The notes beneath the pieces were generated by a model, which worked only from the letters and a program-made list of their open reading frames with translations, searched no databases and was not told the DNA's origin. A program made the position numbers and the translations under genes. A stretch of 64,000 nucleotides of DNA from Octopus bimaculoides (Eukaryota). Shown piece after piece: positions 28,133-42,038 of this stretch. The stretch is from positions 83,419,430 to 83,483,429 of the forward strand of contig NC_068984.1 in NCBI RefSeq assembly GCF_001194135.2. The letters are read 5' to 3'. Each line of letters starts with the position of its first letter. The stretch's first letter is position 1.

Positions 28133-28359
28133 ACACACACATATATACCACTCCACACATAATATATACTGTAGTTTTTTCCTTGGACATTGATCTATGT
28201 TTTTAGCTGGGAGATATAGACTAATATTGTCTAGAGACAATGTCGTCGTCATCAAGACCAATGGCATCCATTTACTAATCTTACTTTACCTATGACAGTC
28301 ATGTATGTATGCATAATGCATCTACACATCGCTTGGAGCATGGAACAAATATTGATATA

Positions 28360-28570
28360 CAGTATGTATATTGGCTTCAAATTTAGTCACAAAGCCAGCA
28401 ATTCGTGGGAGGGGGGGGGCGACTCGATTACATCAACCTCAGTACTCAAACGGTACTTATTTTATCGACTCCGAAAGGACAAAAGGCAAGGTCGGCTTCG
28501 ACGGAATTTGAAATGAGAACGTAAAGACGGACGAAATGCCGCTAACGATTCTGCCAGCCTGCTACCTTTA
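28360..28570 (-). mobile_element. SINE family B
   Basis: ggtacttattttatcgactccgaaaggacaaaaggcaaggtcggcttcgacggaatttgaaatgagaacg...gctaacgattctgccagcctgctacct. Confidence 0.8.
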
Positions 28571-30122
28571 AATAGTATAATATATTAATCGTCTTACGTA
28601 CATGCTCACACCCGCACCATCACACACGCACCATACAGACTCATACACATATGTATATATGCATGTACATAGACAGACTTTGCTTTATATTTCACGTCAT
28701 TTCGTCCTTATACTGTCTTTATTACAAATCCTTATATACTGTTATATATAACAGTATTGTTCTATAAGGGCGATGGCATAGCAGAATCGTTAGAGTGTTT
28801 GACAACATGCTTCATAGTTTATTTTTCTGACTGCTTATGTTCTGAGTTCAAATCCCTGTCTCGTCAGTTTGATCCAGAGGGATGATAAAATAAAATTCTA
28901 ATAATGAACTAAAACCTATGAAAAGACCATCCCTTTCCAATTTTCTGATCTTAACTCTGTATAAAACCTAAGATTTCTGATTTCATGCCAGAACTTTTCT
29001 ATATATTCGCTCTCTACTTCAATATATACCATTACTTCGTTAAAATTTACGCTAAGATTTATTTTCGTTATATTAGTGAAATATATATTTCTATTAGTGT
29101 GTGTGTATATATATATATATATATATNNNNNNNNNNNNNNNNNNNNNNNNNNNNNNNNNNNNNNNNNNNNNNNNNNNNNNNNNNNNNNNNNNNNNNNNNN
29201 NNNNNNNNNNNNNNNNNNNNNNNNNNNNNNNNNNNNNNNNNNNNNNNNNNNNNNNNNNNNNNNNNNNNNNNNNNNNNNNNNNNNNNNNNNNNNNNNNNNN
29301 NNNNNNNNNNNNNNNNNNNNNNNNNNNNNNNNNNNNNNNNNNNNNNNNNNNNNNNNNNNNNNNNNNNNNNNNNNNNNNNNNNNNNNNNNNNNNNNNNNNN
29401 NNNNNNNNNNNNNNNNNNNNNNNNNNNNNNNNNNNNNNNNNNNNNNNNNNNNNNNNNNNNNNNNNNNNNNNNNNNNNNNNNNNNNNNNNNNNNNNNNNNN
29501 NNNNNNNNNNNNNNNNNNNNNNNNNNNNNNNNNNNNNNNNNNNNNNNNNNNNNNNNNNNNNNNNNNNNNNNNNNNNNNNNNNNNNNNNNNNNNNNNNNNN
29601 NNNNNNNNNNNNNNNNNNNNNNNNNNNNNNNNNNNNNNNNNNNNNNNNNNNNNNNNNNNNNNNNNNNNNNNNNNGAAACAAGTAAAAGAATAAAATAGTA
29701 CACGCATGCATATATGTTTATTAGTTAAGCTTTTGAATCAAATACAAAAAACATGCCTAGTTTCTCTTATTCAAATATCTCTTTTCATCACAACTGATTT
29801 TTACTTCTTCCCCCCCCCCCTCTGTCTCTCCCTCTCTCTTTCACTCTATTTTTCTTTCCCACTTCCTTCTGTAATCATCTCTTCTCACCACTTCCTCTCT
29901 TTGTATATATCTTCCTTCTCCCTCCTCTCCCTCTCTCTCTCTCGTTTTTCCTCTCTCACTCCTTTCTCTCTCTCTGTCTGTCTCTCTCTCTCTCTCTCCA
30001 TTTCTGTCAATTACTTTCACTCATCTCCGCTCTCTTATGCGCTACACGAATGCACATAAATGCACACACATGCTGCATGCATCCGACGCTAGCTAGCGTA
30101 AAAACAAACACCAACACCGTTG

Positions 30123-30158
<36 letters not shown>

Positions 30159-30414
30159 TCACTACTACTGCTGCTACTGCTGCAAAATATTTATTGTAAA
30201 TATCATATATTACATTACGACATGCCGCTGCTATATTTCTGCACTCAGCCTGTAAAGTAAGCTTCTCAGCAACCAGCCTGACAGCCAGCCACCCAGTTAC
30301 CCAACCACACAGCCAGCTGCAGTCAACGTCAGCCTTTAGCTTTGTCTATCTGTCTCTCATGAAGCAACTCAGATTTTCGACCCACGAGAGACAGTCAGAG
30401 AGGTTTTCATCGTT

Positions 30415-30895
30415 TGTCTTTACTTGTTTCATTCACTTGACTGCGGCCATGCTGGAACACCGCCTTGATGGGTTTAGTCTAAAAAATCCCCCCCAATACC
30501 TACTTTTCTTTTTTTTTTGAAAACTTAGTACTTGTTCTATCGGACCCTTTCTGGCCGAACTGCTAAATTACGGGGGACGTAAGCAAACTAACACCGATTG
30601 TCAAGTGGTGGTGGGGGACAAACACAAAGACCCACACACCACACACACACACCTATATATATATATATATATATATATATCACATACACACACACTCACA
30701 CACTCGCGCACACACTCGCACACACACACACACGTGCGCGCAGGACGAGCTACTTTCAGTTTCGCCAACCAAATCCACTCACAAGGCTTTGAACGGCTCA
30801 TAGCTACTTTGGAAGACACTTCCCCACAGTAGGACTGAACCTAATACTGCATGGTTGGGAAATCGAGCTTCTCAACTACACAACCACGTATAAGC
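30415..30895 (-). mobile_element. SINE family A, complete copy with internal (CA)/(TA) microsatellite
   Basis: Tail at 30420-30630, microsatellite at ~30635-30735, head ccaaatccactcacaaggc...gcatggttgggaa...ctacacaaccac. Confidence 0.8.
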
Positions 30896-32060
30896 CAACC
30901 TTTTTTTTACCCCCAATTGTGACCCATTTTGAGAAATCAATAATCCTCTGCGATTTGCTGTGAATTTTAATTAATTTTAAAAATAATCAAGAATCTGGAA
31001 AGAATTAGCAAAGCAGCATATTTTGTTTCATTTTTTTAGTTGGTGTTTGTGTCAAAACTTAGAAGTTTCTTAGAATGGAAGGTTTGAATTTATGAATTTA
31101 ATTATGAACCCTTTACAATAATAAGTGTCCCCTCATAAGCGATCTCGAATTGGTTGATATCAAAAGGGCTAAAACATGGTGCATTCAGTAACCAAGCCAA
31201 ACAATCTCTGATGGTGCGATGGACATGACTAGAAAGATTTGGTGAAGATTACTTGTATATTTATATCCTCGGTGATATCTGATAGATGATATAACAGTAC
31301 GAATCTATAGTCTAATCTCAGAGGATCTATTTATTATTGAATTACTATTCTCTTGTTTTTTATACGCTTAGTTTAAACACAGACATCTAATAATTTATAT
31401 ATGCTTCTCTTCGTAAATCTGCAATTAAACAACATAAGCCAGTCTTCAATCTAATAAAGAACATAATATGAAACCCTCGTCTTATTCTATGTGTTCCAAT
31501 TGTATGCCTTGGAGTCATAACACAAGGGGTTCTCGCAGTGAATCCTGTCAGAAATTTTCTGTAACTGAGGCTGACACATTTTTTCAGTTTTTCAAAAATT
31601 CTTTTCTTGTCTTACAATCAATTCTTTTCATGTCTTACAATCTCTTGTTAGAGAAATAATGAAAATATTGATATAGACACTAAATGACTGTGCCTTTCAT
31701 TCTTTTAGGGTTGATAAAATAAGCACCAATCAAGTACTGGGGGGGGGGGNNNNNNNNNNNNNNNNNNNNNNNNNNNNNNNNNNNNNNNNNNNNNNNNNNN
31801 NNNNNNNNNNNNNNNNNNNNNNNNNNNNNNNNNNNNNNNNNNNNNNNNNNNNNNNNNNNNNNNNNNNNNNNNNNNNNNNNNNNNNNNNNNNNNNNNNNNN
31901 NNNNNNNNNNNNNNNNNNNNNNNNNNNNNNNNNNNNNNNNNNNNNNNNNNNNNNNNNNNNNNNNNNNNNNNNNNNNNNNNNNNNNNNNNNNNNNNNNNNN
32001 NNNNNNNNNNNNNNNNNNNNNNNNNNNNNNNNNNNNNNNNNNNNNNNNNNNNNNNNNNNN

Positions 32061-32212
32061 NATATAACGTGCTTCTTTTAGTTTCCGGCTACCAAATCTA
32101 CTCACAAGGCGGCCCGTAGCTATAGTAGAAGACGCTTGCCCAAGGTGAAATTGAAGCCGAAGCCATGTGGTTGGGAAACAAAGTTCTTACCACACCGCCA
32201 CACCTGCGCCTA
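32061..32212 (-). mobile_element. SINE family A, head half (rest in N-gap)
   Basis: ctaccaaatctactcacaaggc...gctatagtagaagacgcttgcccaagg...ccatgtggttgggaa...taccacaccgccac. Confidence 0.75.
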
Positions 32213-33151
32213 GTCATAATTTCTTAAGCTTTGCACTAACCGCTCCTGTACCACTGATCTGAAGCTTTCACACACACAATTGTTTCACACTCACTAACAG
32301 TTTGGTAATCAACCAATTGTTGCAGTCTGAACTATTTGGTTTGCATGGTCTAAAAGAGGATAGACAGCGCCCATAGGTCTCTCATCCTAAAGGTTGGAAG
32401 CATTAAAATTATTCTCAAAATGGAAACCCGGTCCGCTAATGCTTACATCAGAGTTGACTCGATTCAAGTCACACAAAGAGCCATGTATTCAACCAGGCGA
32501 GAATTGAGGGGCAGGTTAGCTGCTATTCCTAGCAGCTTCAGCAATGAAAAGGTCTCTTAATGGTTGATAAAATGTTATTTTGTTGTGTTCTAGTTATTTT
32601 TTATTTTTTTTATTTATTTTTTTTTTTCGTTATATGTCACTCTTCTAAATTCTCTTTTCTATTCTTTTACCAGTTAGACATTGGGCTACAGTCGTGCTGG
32701 GACAACGCCTTCAAAGATTTTAGTGGAATATATAAACCCCGGTAATTATTTCAGTATTTCTAGTTCTTTTTTTTTTTCGTATTTTATCGACATGTAGCCA
32801 TCGAACTGTACTTGACCATAAATACACACACTCATTCATACACACAATGGTCATCCGCACATTTTTTTTCTCTGTCAACTTCCGTTTCCAAAGCATTACA
32901 TTAAAATAGCATCCAAATTACCACGCAGCAGGGTCGAACCCTGAGCAACGTGGTTACGATGCCGACTTCTTAATCACTCGGTCATGTCTACGCCTCTCTG
33001 TTTATTTTTATCTTGATATATGAACCCACTTGTGGTACTGCACGAATACGAGTATCACCTATTATGTTTGTTAATGAACATAGATATACCATTTCAACTT
33101 TTCAGTTTTCGTTCGTAAGCTCAAATTCAGTCTGTGCCATTACATATCTGC

Positions 33152-33194
<43 letters not shown>

Positions 33195-33201
<7 letters not shown>

Positions 33202-33403
33202 TCTTTTATTCTTCTACTTGTTTTAGTAATTTGATTGCGGCCATGCTGGAGCACCACCTTTAGGGTGTTAATCGAAGAAATCGACCCCAGGACATATTCT
33301 TTGTAAGCCTAGTACTTATTGTATCGGTCTCTTTTACCGAGCCGCTAGACTACGGGGACATAAGCACACTAGTATCGGTTGTCAAGCAATGGAGGGGGGA
33401 CAA

Positions 33404-33410
<7 letters not shown>
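33195..33410 (-). mobile_element. SINE family A, tail half
   Basis: ttcttttattcttctacttg...gcggccatgctggagcacc...aatcgaccccagg...ggggacaaacacac followed by (CA)n. Confidence 0.8.
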
Positions 33411-33474
<64 letters not shown>

Positions 33475-33477
<3 letters not shown>

Positions 33478-33696
33478 AGGCGCGTGGCTTAGTGGTTAGG
33501 TGTGTCAGCATCATGATCGTAAGATTGTGGTTTCGATTCCTGGACCGGGCGACGCGTTGNNNNNNNNNNTCAGCTGGCAAAAATGAGTAACGCTGCGATG
33601 GACTGGCGTCCCGTCCAGCTGGGGAACACATACGTCATTGAAACCGGGAAACCGGGCCCATGAGCCTGGCTAGGCTTTAAAAGTGCGCAAGAAGAA

Positions 33697-33699
<3 letters not shown>
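33475..33699 (+). mobile_element. tRNA-derived SINE family D
   Basis: ggaggcgcgtggcttagtggttagg (A box), ggtttcgattcc (B box), internal gcgatggactggcgtcccgtccag, (AAG)n tail. Confidence 0.8.
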
Positions 33700-33733
<34 letters not shown>

Positions 33734-34278
33734 TTAAAAACATATAAACAAACAGGAAACAGACATAGATGGTCACCAACTCCTCATCAGTTATCGGGCC
33801 AGGGGGTCAATCGCAATTTTTTGCCATGCAACGCTACGTACAGCAGAAAAAAATTTCTTATTTACAAGTACTATACATATATATGGTGTCTGCGTCTGCT
33901 CGCCATACGATAGGCACCTAAAACAACGCAAGCATGGTATATGTTAACAAGTCATCCATAATTCTGTGTAACAGCATTGTGTGTGTGTGCGTGTGCGCGT
34001 GCGTTTGTGCTTGCGTGTGCGTGTGTGCGTGTGTGTATAACTTGTGCCTAGCTACGTTTCTGCCGCGTTACCCAGATGTGAAATAAATTTGGTACACAGA
34101 AAGTTATAGTAGTTGATCTTCAGAGCTTGGTGAAGTGAGGCGCGTAAGAAACTAATCGTACTACACAAAAACACCGAACGATCAGCCCTCAATGCACTTG
34201 AACACAGAACCTATACATTTGTAGTATATTATCTTATTATGTTCACTCTCGCGTTTAAACTTTCTTTCGTATGTTGTC

Positions 34279-34349
<71 letters not shown>

Positions 34350-34836
34350 TACGTATGTATATGTTAAGTGGTATGCATTACATACACTTTAACATATTTG
34401 TGGCTCACTTGATGTTCACTTACCAACAACCGTGGCGAGATCGACACTAGTTCTTCCAGACACCAAACTGAAGTGGATTTATGTGTTTGTTTTTTTGTAT
34501 TTCATAGTTGTTATAGTTGTTGTTGCCACTGTCGCCGCCACCTTCCTCATCATTGTTATCGTCGTCGTTTCAACAGTTTCATGAGAGTTTCTACTGAGTT
34601 GCCAGGTGTGCCTCTGCGTTCCTAGGATGTGTGTGTGTGTAGGTGTGTGCGCGCGTGTGTGTGTGTGTAGGTAGTATTCGTTTTCTTTTGAGATGTAGAA
34701 TTATGTTTGTAACCTACGAATTTAATTTGCTATATTTTGGTGTATGGTTTGTTGTTTCGGGCGAAAATTTTGGATTTCGTATAATTGTAAGAATATATGT
34801 GCAAAATGTAAGTTGTGACTAATACACACACACACA

Positions 34837-34890
<54 letters not shown>

Positions 34891-34933
34891 CACACACATT
34901 CACATATACACACACACATGTATATATGTGTGC

Positions 34934-35001
<68 letters not shown>

Positions 35002-35021
35002 CTGTACGTCTGTATGTTTGT

Positions 35022-35285
35022 GTGAAGGCGCATGGTTCAATGGTTAGATCGTCGGACCCAAAATCGTGAGGTTGTGAGTTCGATTTCCGGACCGCACTAT
35101 GTGTTGTGTTCTTCTGCTTTATTTCACAATCAGTTGTAGAAGTGATTTGTGACGTCACTGGCGCCAAGCTGTATCGGCTTTTGCCTTTCCTTTGGACAAC
35201 ATCGGTGGCATGGAGAGGGCAGACTGGTATGCATGGGCGACTGCTGGTCTTCCACAAACAACCTTGCCCGGACTATGCTGTGTTA
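35022..35285 (+). mobile_element. tRNA-derived SINE (further family)
   Basis: gaaggcgcatggttcaatggttag (A box) and gtgagttcgatttccggacc (B box), followed by a body unlike families A-C. Confidence 0.6.
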
Positions 35286-35389
35286 ATAATGTGTTTTAGT
35301 GATGGACCGTTTTCGTTTGAAATATATGTTGTGTGGAGGATTTATAAAGAGTATACGTCTTGGTAGTTGTTGAGATTTATATGTTGGAG

Positions 35390-35638
35390 CAGTGGTTCTC
35401 AACCATTTTTCTCTTATGGACCTCTTTGATTCTTCTTTTACTCGGGTGGACCCTCTCAGCCATTCGACGTTTAAAACAAAACTCATTGTATATTTATAAT
35501 TAAACATTATTAGGAACTGTATTAAAAAATTATCAAAATATTTTGTGCATTGTAGAAGTATTTATTAAGCATAATTTTTAATATAAAAGTCTTATGCGGA
35601 CTCCGAAAGGTCATATGGGCTCCGGTTGAGAACCACTG
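35390..35638. mobile_element. hAT (Charlie-like) MITE
   Basis: Perfect 15-bp TIR CAGTGGTTCTCAACC / GGTTGAGAACCACTG with an 8-bp TSD TGTTGGAG / TGTTAGAG (1 mismatch). Confidence 0.9.
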
Positions 35639-35644
35639 TGTTAG

Positions 35645-36352
35645 AGCATTGAATGTCGATTATTCAAGAGTACGTATTGAGTAGTGATTACCGGGTAGTG
35701 ATTAGTTCAGAGACGGTGGCGTGCATGGAAAGGTAAGCATGCAACACTACGTCCGGAGACAATAAAAAGTTGTCATGCAAAGCTGATGACCACGGGCTCA
35801 TTGAACACTGCAAGACGCGGTGGCCATCCAACCACATCCTGATCAGTGGAGAACGTGGCAACAGTGCAGGAAATGTTTAATCACAGCCCACAAAAATCAA
35901 CACGTCAAGCAGCTCCTGAAAGTGGACTAACAAGACACGCATAAAGAACTGAATTTTCGTCCGTAGAAACCCCATTACGTGCAGGAGCTAAAACTTGAAG
36001 ACTGTGACCGCAGAAGTCCAGAACTCCAGAATTCCAAGAAGTCCAGATCTCACTCCATGTGATTTTTTTCCTGTGGAGTTAAACAAAAAAGGTGTACAAG
36101 ACAAAACCTTGCACACTGAAAGACTTGGCAACACAGATTCAGGAGGTTCTCAATATCCCAGACGACGTCCTTCAGAAGATTTTTCATTCCATGCCTGGCC
36201 CTTTGAGGAAATTTGTTGACCCCCACCGGTGCTTATGTTGAAATATGAAGATTTGCTTTCATTTTCCCATCTAATAAAGAATATGTTTGTAAAAGGAATT
36301 TGGACTTTATTGCAAATTTTTAATGCCTACTTACTTTAAACCCACCCTATAT
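35645..36352 (+). mobile_element. Internally deleted Tc1/mariner-superfamily transposon
   Basis: N-terminal HTH-like ETIKSCHAKLMTTGS...SVENVATVQEMFNHSPQKSTRQAA, PRSPDLTPCDFF motif, and 3' end aaacccaccctata. Confidence 0.75.
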
Positions 36353-37739
36353 AATCCACATAGTAGGAGTATTGGTAGAGCTTCGGATAAGATACCTTGC
36401 GGAATTAAGTTACACTCTTTCACATTCTAAATTTACATCCTATTCAAGTTAACTTTGCGTTTTATCCTTCTCAGCTGGTTAAAATAATACCAGTCAAAAG
36501 TTCGGGATCGATTAAATCAATGTTGTCCAACATACCGTATTAAAAAAAGCACCGTGTGATCACATACGTAAGTTTCAAATCGCAGGGCGGTGCAATGCCG
36601 GAATCGTTAGGGCATCGAATGAAGTATCAGATTTATTCTGTTTTTTTTGTTTTTTTTACATGCTGAATTTTAATCCCACCGAAGTCAACCTTGATTTTAA
36701 TCCCTCTGGGATCGATAAGGTAAAGTATATAACCGACCAATCACCGCCACTACCCCTCGAAATAGCTGGCCATGCGCCTAAATTAAAAATAATTATTAAA
36801 AACACAGCCTTTTGGTCTATTTCAACAACCACCCCCACTTAACGATAGTTAGGTTTTTGCAGAAGGGTAAAATACTAGAAAATGTTTTGCTTTTTTCTAT
36901 TTTCGCTCCTTCCAATTTACAGAACACAGAAAATATCACGAATGGGAAGTATAAACTGCCTGAAATGACAAATACACTATATATNNNNNNNNNNNNNNNN
37001 NNNNNNNNNNNNNNNNNNNNNNNNNNNNNNNNNNNNNNNNNNNNNNNNNNNNNNNNNNNNNNNNNNNNNNNNNNNNNNNNNNNNNNNNNNNNNNNNNNNN
37101 NNNNNNNNNNNNNNNNNNNNNNNNNNNNNNNNNNNNNNNNNNNNNNNNNNNNNNNNNNNNNNNNNNNNNNNNNNNNNNNNNNNNNNNNNNNNNNNNNNNN
37201 NNNNNNNNNNNNNNNNNNNNNNNNNNNNNNNNNNNNNNNNNNNNNNNNNNNNNNNNNNNNNNNNNNNNNNNNNNNNNNNNNNNACAAAACAAAACAAACA
37301 CATACACACACATTTACACATGAGCATTCTTTGAGTTACGAAATTCCACGTTCCCGAAAGCCTCGCATAACGCTGAATTCGTGTAACGCGAAATCTATTT
37401 TTACACTGATTTCCATGCTGTATATTAACATGCATTCATACTGAAATATTTCTAAAGAAAAAATAATACAATAATAAGCAAACAGTACAACTACTTTTGT
37501 ACATGAAACTATTACTTTTTAAGCATACATAGTACAGTATGTATACATAAAACCATTGAAAAATAAATACACGAGGGAATAATTAAGAATACAGTAATAT
37601 CGTAGTACAGAAGTATCCACCGTAAATGATGTCGACTGCTGTGTGAGAGTTAATAGGAAGGAAGGAGGGTACAAACTTCTGCCTTGTAAGTTATCATCAG
37701 CATCTCTTTCAAGAGTGAAGAACTTCAAACTTGTTTAAT

Positions 37740-39100
37740 GTTTAAACCGCACTATCTCTGTTCCTTCACCGTCAGTGAAGGAATAGAGCACATTATGAAC
37801 TTCTCTTGTACTTTTCGTGCTACGTTTACTTTTAGGATCGTTATTAACAAAGACTTGTGGATTTTTCTCTATAAGTGCCGACCAGTTAGCTATATTCTTT
37901 GCAGTTAACTGGAGTGGAGGGTACGGTACAGCTACATCTTCTTACCCTGCTGCTTACTTTTGTTCTAACTTCATCAGCTACTCTTTAGACACTTTCTGTA
38001 CGGGGCCTTAAAAGTTAGCCATATCAGCTTCTACGACTTCTTGAAGCCCTACTTCAATTGATAGTCTCACAATATCTTGATGAACTTGGCGACACTTTTT
38101 ACTGGAAAGTTATGGATACAGTCTGGCCATGTTTTTTTGCAAATACCATTTAGAGCTAAACGCTTTGCTTAATGTCAAAACTCGTGAGTATCTGTAAGGC
38201 TGGATTTCTTCCAGTAGTTCTCTAACTCTAGATTTATCTTCCCCATCAATTGCTTTTTCTAATTCTTTCTAAAATCCCCTCTGATAATAAACCTTGAAGT
38301 TAGCTATTGTACATTGATCCATTGGTTGAAACAAAGAAGTTGTGTTCCTGAGGATATATTCTACTCTTAGATTATCAGAAAAATCACTCAAGTTGGTTAG
38401 GGGTTTGGTGAATTGTCTAAAAGAAGCAATGCTTATTTTGGAAATATTACACCTAGCCCTGTACAGTAAGACAACTGTAAGATTGTAAAGCAGTCTAGGA
38501 AAAAGCTAGTAGTCATTCAGACCCTTTTATTTAACACCAAATCATAGAGAGATAAAATTCATCCCGCCCCTTGATTGCTTTTGAGTTTTGGGAATGATAT
38601 AAAAAACGAGACTTTAATTTCATAACACCAGCAGTATTTCCTTCCACAGAAAACGTCAAACAGTTTTTGGAAGCTTTAAAACCTGAAATTTCACCTTCCA
38701 CTTTCTGCAAAACGCCATACAAACTTTTAACTTTCGCTTGAATCATCGTGTTTCTCAGCACATTGCATCCATTCTGATCGTCGATTGAGACACTCAGTTT
38801 TAAGCAACACTTCAAACAAAAATGAAAAATCAAATCTCAAGCTTCTAACGGATTAAATGCTTGAGCAGTTTCATTTTGTTTTTATCGTCACGTACTGTTC
38901 CTTCTATAGACGTTGCAACCTTTTTATTTTTTATTTTTATATATTTTTAGTATGACTGAATTCTTCTATGTCAACCCATTGTAAAACATGAAATTTAATG
39001 TTCAGTATAATTCCTTTACGACTCCTTTTCGCGCTACTGCCTTCACTTCCACTTGACAGTATCTTTCCAATCATCTTAAATAAGGGTAATATGTTATAAT
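37740..39100 (-). mobile_element. Decayed Tigger/pogo (CENP-B/DDE_1) transposon
   Basis: SAKRSRKGIILNIK (N-terminal HTH), IDDQN...MIQAKVKSLY...FKASK (HTH2), GNTAGVMKLK...YHSQN..AIKG and NTTSLFQPMDQCTIANFKVYY. Confidence 0.85.
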
Positions 39101-39619
39101 TTACGCATTTGTGGTTAGATCTAACAGTACTGGTGACAAATAAAATTAACACCAAATAGAAAAACAGTTGAATCCGAGAAAAGCAGAGATGTTCTGGAAC
39201 AGCAAAAAGTAATAGCCTTATTAATTCGGGCGAAAAATATAAATGAGAAAGTGAAAGAGATGAAGATATGGAGTGGGAGAAAGTTCTGTTTGATTGGATT
39301 TTACAATAAGATACAGGTCAGTTGAATTGATATATACACAAAAACGGTGAGTGGTACAAAACAAGGGCGATAGAGGCTTGCAAGTATATCGAGCTCAATG
39401 AAAAACAAGATCAGTTGAATTGGTCCACAGACATCAGACAATGTGGGAGCGGAAGAGGGAGCATGTATATGCTGGTGACATTTTCAAAAATACGTATCAT
39501 GAGTTTAATCTTTAAAATCATTCAGATTTATCTGAGTTCCGATTTGCAGGCCGTATCTCGAAATTCAGGACATACACACACACATATATGTATGTATGTA
39601 TTTATGTATGTATGTACAG

Positions 39620-39800
39620 CCACATAAAGAAGTGCTAATCTCTAAATGTAGAGGGAGCTTGTGGGAGAGGAAGACCTACGAATACGTGAGACGAAGTGGT
39701 GAACAATGGTCTTCAGGTATTGAGCCTCACAGAGGAGATGACAAAGGACTGAGACAATTGGCGATTTGCTATACTTCAGAAGACCCGTCCGGCTAAGTAA
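39620..39800 (+). mobile_element. RTE-clade LINE ORF2 C-terminal fragment
   Basis: LNVEGACGRGRPTNT*DEVV...LSLTEEMTKD*DNWRFAILQKTR matches the RTE terminal motif GRGRP.KTW...DR..W. Confidence 0.7.
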
Positions 39801-40161
39801 AGTGGAGGAAGGTAAAGGCAAGCCGTTTATGTCCAGGCCCCCGCACTCGACCTGTCCCCGCTGAAAAACATCTCTTCCGCATCCCATCTGCCTAACACCT
39901 TCTCCCCTACACCCAACCCGTGTTCACCACTTGCTGTATTCCTTAACCTTCTACCCTCCAATCTCTGTCGAATTTCTTCGTCACAACACATCCCTCCTTA
40001 CAGCCCCCTCCCTCTATTTGTGCCCGCTCACTACATCCCTCTCCCTGCTCCCCCATATCCCACTCTTCTTTTGCAATCTCACCCTATCCTCTCCCTGATC
40101 CACTTCACTATATACTCCTCCCTTAACTTGAGTGTATACCCCGTTACATCTTCACCAACTA

Positions 40162-40207
<46 letters not shown>

Positions 40208-40424
40208 GCTCTCTTTCACTCTCCTCTCTCTCTCCCTCTCTCACTTCTCTCTCTCTTCTCTCTCCCTCTATCTCTCCATTCTCTCTGTCCTCTCTTTATA
40301 CATTCTCTTACCAGCTGAGTAGCTATGTATCTCCTCTACTGCAATATATGTATTTCTGTCCCTCTGCGCATACTCAAACTTCTCAACACCTGGCTCAAAG
40401 CCACCTCCCTCAATACTACTCCCC

Positions 40425-40635
40425 TCTCAGTAGAGGTGTCTTGTGTTGCAAGTTACCGCTGCTGGTGCCACGTTAAAGGTACCCGGCACACTTTGTACGG
40501 TGGTTGGCGCTAGGAATGGCATCCGGATGTAGAAACCATGGCAAAACGGATTGTGTCCTCTGACTTTCCAGTTCCTATCGAACCGTTTAACCCATGCCAG
40601 CGTGAATAAAGGACGTTAAGTAATGATGAAGATGA
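40425..40635 (+). mobile_element. Probable RTE-type LINE 3' UTR fragment
   Basis: ggttggcgctaggaatggcatccggatgtagaaacc...aacccatgccagcgtgaataaaggacgttaagtaatgatgaagatga ends in a (GAT)n-like tail, as I recall for RTE 3' ends. Confidence 0.5.
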
Positions 40636-40769
40636 TTAAATATGTGTGTGTGTGTGTGTGTATACAGATATACATGTATATATATATATATATATACATA
40701 TATATATACATATATATACATATATATATACATACATATATATACATATATATATATACATACATATAT

Positions 40770-40937
40770 ATATATATATCCGACGAGTTTCTTTCAGTTG
40801 CCGCCTACCAAATCCACTCACAAGGATGTGGTCGACCCGAGGCTATAGTGGAGGACACTCACCCAAGGTGCCACACAGTGGAACTGAACCCGGAACCATG
40901 TGGTTGGGAAATAAACTTCTTACCACACAGCCACACC
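40770..40937 (-). mobile_element. SINE family A, head half
   Basis: ctttcagttgccgcctaccaaatccactcacaagg...gaacccggaaccatgtggttgggaa...taccacacagccacacc, adjacent to (TA/CA)n. Confidence 0.8.
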
Positions 40938-41529
40938 AGCCTGATTGTGTGATTGTGTGATTGTGTGCATTTATGATTTGTTTGTTGGTACATTTGTGTC
41001 TACGTTCGTGTCAGTGTTTATGCCTTTTGTTTTAACACAGATGCTCTGTCAACAAAAATATGTCTAACTAACCGATTCTGTAAAAGTAAATCAATAACAT
41101 AAATACTGGACTCCATATGATCGACTAAAACTTTATATGATGGTATTCATCCCAGCATGATCTCAGTTCAATGACGGAAACCAGTAGAATAGAAGTATGT
41201 ATAATCACTCAATTCCTACATGGGATAGTAGTCCGGCAGGATCGTCAGAGCGTCACGCAAAAAGGAAAAACAACAAAAAAAAAACAAAAAAAAAAAGCTT
41301 GTGCCAAATCTTGACATTCGTAATTTAAACACGCTGAGTTAAATTTTTTCTTCCATGTTTCCGAGGTTCATAAAATACAGTAGCAATCAAAAGTACTGGA
41401 CTCGGAGTAAATGACCGCCAGTCTATGCTAACATGACCTGGTCTATGATGATAAACTAGACTTCAAATCCCCGACCAGCTGTAGAATTTGGGATGATGTA
41501 CACTATCGTCATATCAATATCATCTACGT

Positions 41530-41735
41530 CTGGGATGGTGGACTAGCAGAATCGTTAGCACGCCGGACAAACTGTTTAGCGGTATCTCGTCCGTCTTCAT
41601 GTTCTGGGTTCAAATTCCGCCGAGGTCGACTTTGTCTTTCATCCTTTCGGAGTCGATAAAGTGAGTACCAGTTGAGCACCAGTACTCGACGTAATTCACT
41701 CGAAATTTCTAGACTTGTAATCAAAATTTGAAATC
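41530..41735 (+). mobile_element. SINE family B
   Basis: ggtggactagcagaatcgttagcacgccggac...gggttcaaattccgccgaggtcgactttgtctttcatcctttcggagtcgataaagtgagtaccag. Confidence 0.8.
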
Positions 41736-41904
41736 AGTATTTATCTACGTATAAAACACTCTTTAGTACAAAAAGCTTATAATTCATTCACACGTTCCCT
41801 CTCTACCGCTCTTTCTCTCTCAAAACGCCGGCATCATTACGAGATTATGCAAAAAGGAAACACGGAAGAGCTTCTACCTATACACCCATGTACAGGAATA
41901 CATA

Positions 41905-42038
<134 letters not shown>

